Assembly: GCA_035084275.1 (NCBI GenBank) | Contig: CM068743.1 | Span: 40,734,001 to 40,798,000 of the forward strand | Length of the DNA stretch: 64,000 nucleotides | Direction of reading: 5' to 3' | DNA from: Hydrolagus colliei | Lineage: Eukaryota | In this document: piece after piece, positions 63,193-64,000 of the stretch | How the letters are laid out: every line of letters starts with the position of its first letter | How positions within the stretch are numbered: position 1 is the first letter of the stretch | Position numbers and translations under genes: made by a program | Notes under the pieces: generated by a model | The model's input: the letters and a program-made list of their open reading frames with translations, nothing else | Told to the model about the DNA's origin: nothing | The model's database searches: none

Positions 63193-63295
63193 TGCCTCCA
63201 AGGTTCTTAAGCCGTCTTCGAAACATACCCTTTATAGAGGGTGAAGATACACAATTTGCCTGCACGATTGAGGCTGCACCAGCCCCTCAGATAAG
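63193..63295 (+). CDS. OBSCN: Exon 48, Ig N-half
   Basis: VPPRFL...EGEDTQFACTIE...QIR; gene continues beyond the window. Confidence 0.9.
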
Positions 63296-63911
63296 GTGAG
63301 TTGACCTCTATTTCTCTACTCAATTTCTCTTAACTTATTGCCTCACTTAGTAAAAAAAATTAGGCTGCAAGAACTGGGTCGTGTTCCATATGTGAAAGGC
63401 GCTGTATATATATGTCATTTTGTTGTTGTTGTAGTCTTGGTGCACATTCTGTGCGATGTGTTGTTATCTGTGTCCTTCACCAAATATTTAACAACTGTTA
63501 TTGCTACAATGCGTTTCATTTAACTTCACTTCTAACCTTTCATTGGCTTTGCAAACTGTCCAGCCATTTGGGACGTCCTTCTGACGAGAATGTGCTAGCA
63601 GATTATTGCAAGTTGTTGTTATTGTTGTGTTGAATAATCCAGGTTTCAAAGTGAATTTCAGTCAATGTTTTATAATTGCCCAATGTTTCTCCGCTCACCC
63701 CAAGCCCTGTCCTGAAATGCAAACTTTTGTACAATTGTTAACCTAAGATTTTAAAATCCTGTAGAAATTTAGAAAATTCGTCAGATGGAATTCTGAATTT
63801 GAAAAAGCCATTGATTGTCCTGGCTGATTTTAACACTGGCTTCCAAACTTCAGCCAGAACTTGAGAATTTAAAAAAATATTCTGCGCAATCTTCAAATTT
63901 ACATCAATGAG

Positions 63912-64000
63912 GATCATAGAATCTTACAGCACAGAAGGAGGCCATTCGGCCCATCGTGCCTGTGCTGGATGTTTGAAAAGAGCTATTCAAAGTCAATCCC
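63912..64000 (-). mobile_element. CR1 LINE 3' terminus
   Basis: CATAGAATCTTACAGCACAGAAGGAGGCCATTCGGCCC, as at 10735. Confidence 0.82.

Larger units (their letters stand above)
972..63295 (+). other. OBSCN: Obscurin gene, internal portion (48 exons traced)
   Basis: Spliced frame gives tandem Ig, FN3, IQ, Ig, SH3, DH, PH, Ig, the obscurin order. Recognisable peptides: [60 protein letters not shown]. Confidence 0.97.

Overview
Vertebrate genomic DNA, most likely from a cartilaginous fish (inferred from the repeat families, not proven). The whole window lies inside one + strand gene, obscurin (OBSCN); neither start nor stop codon is present. I traced 48 coding exons that join in frame. In order they encode 24 single-exon Ig (I-set) domains, an FN3 domain, a large exon with IQ motif and Ig, further Ig domains and linkers, SH3, RhoGEF (DH), PH, and the following Ig domains. 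The first ~10 kb is a young tandem array of nine near-identical 267-bp Ig exons joined by three recurring intron types. Introns are dense with mobile elements: tRNA-headed SINEs, L2 and CR1 LINE 3' fragments, Penelope-like elements, two copies of a hAT-type non-autonomous element with a C-rich minisatellite core, and Tigger/pogo-like MITEs. There is one 179-N assembly gap. Coordinates were counted by hand: exon edges should be accurate to a few bases, repeat edges are approximate. Comparisons with human obscurin and named repeat families are from memory, not database searches.
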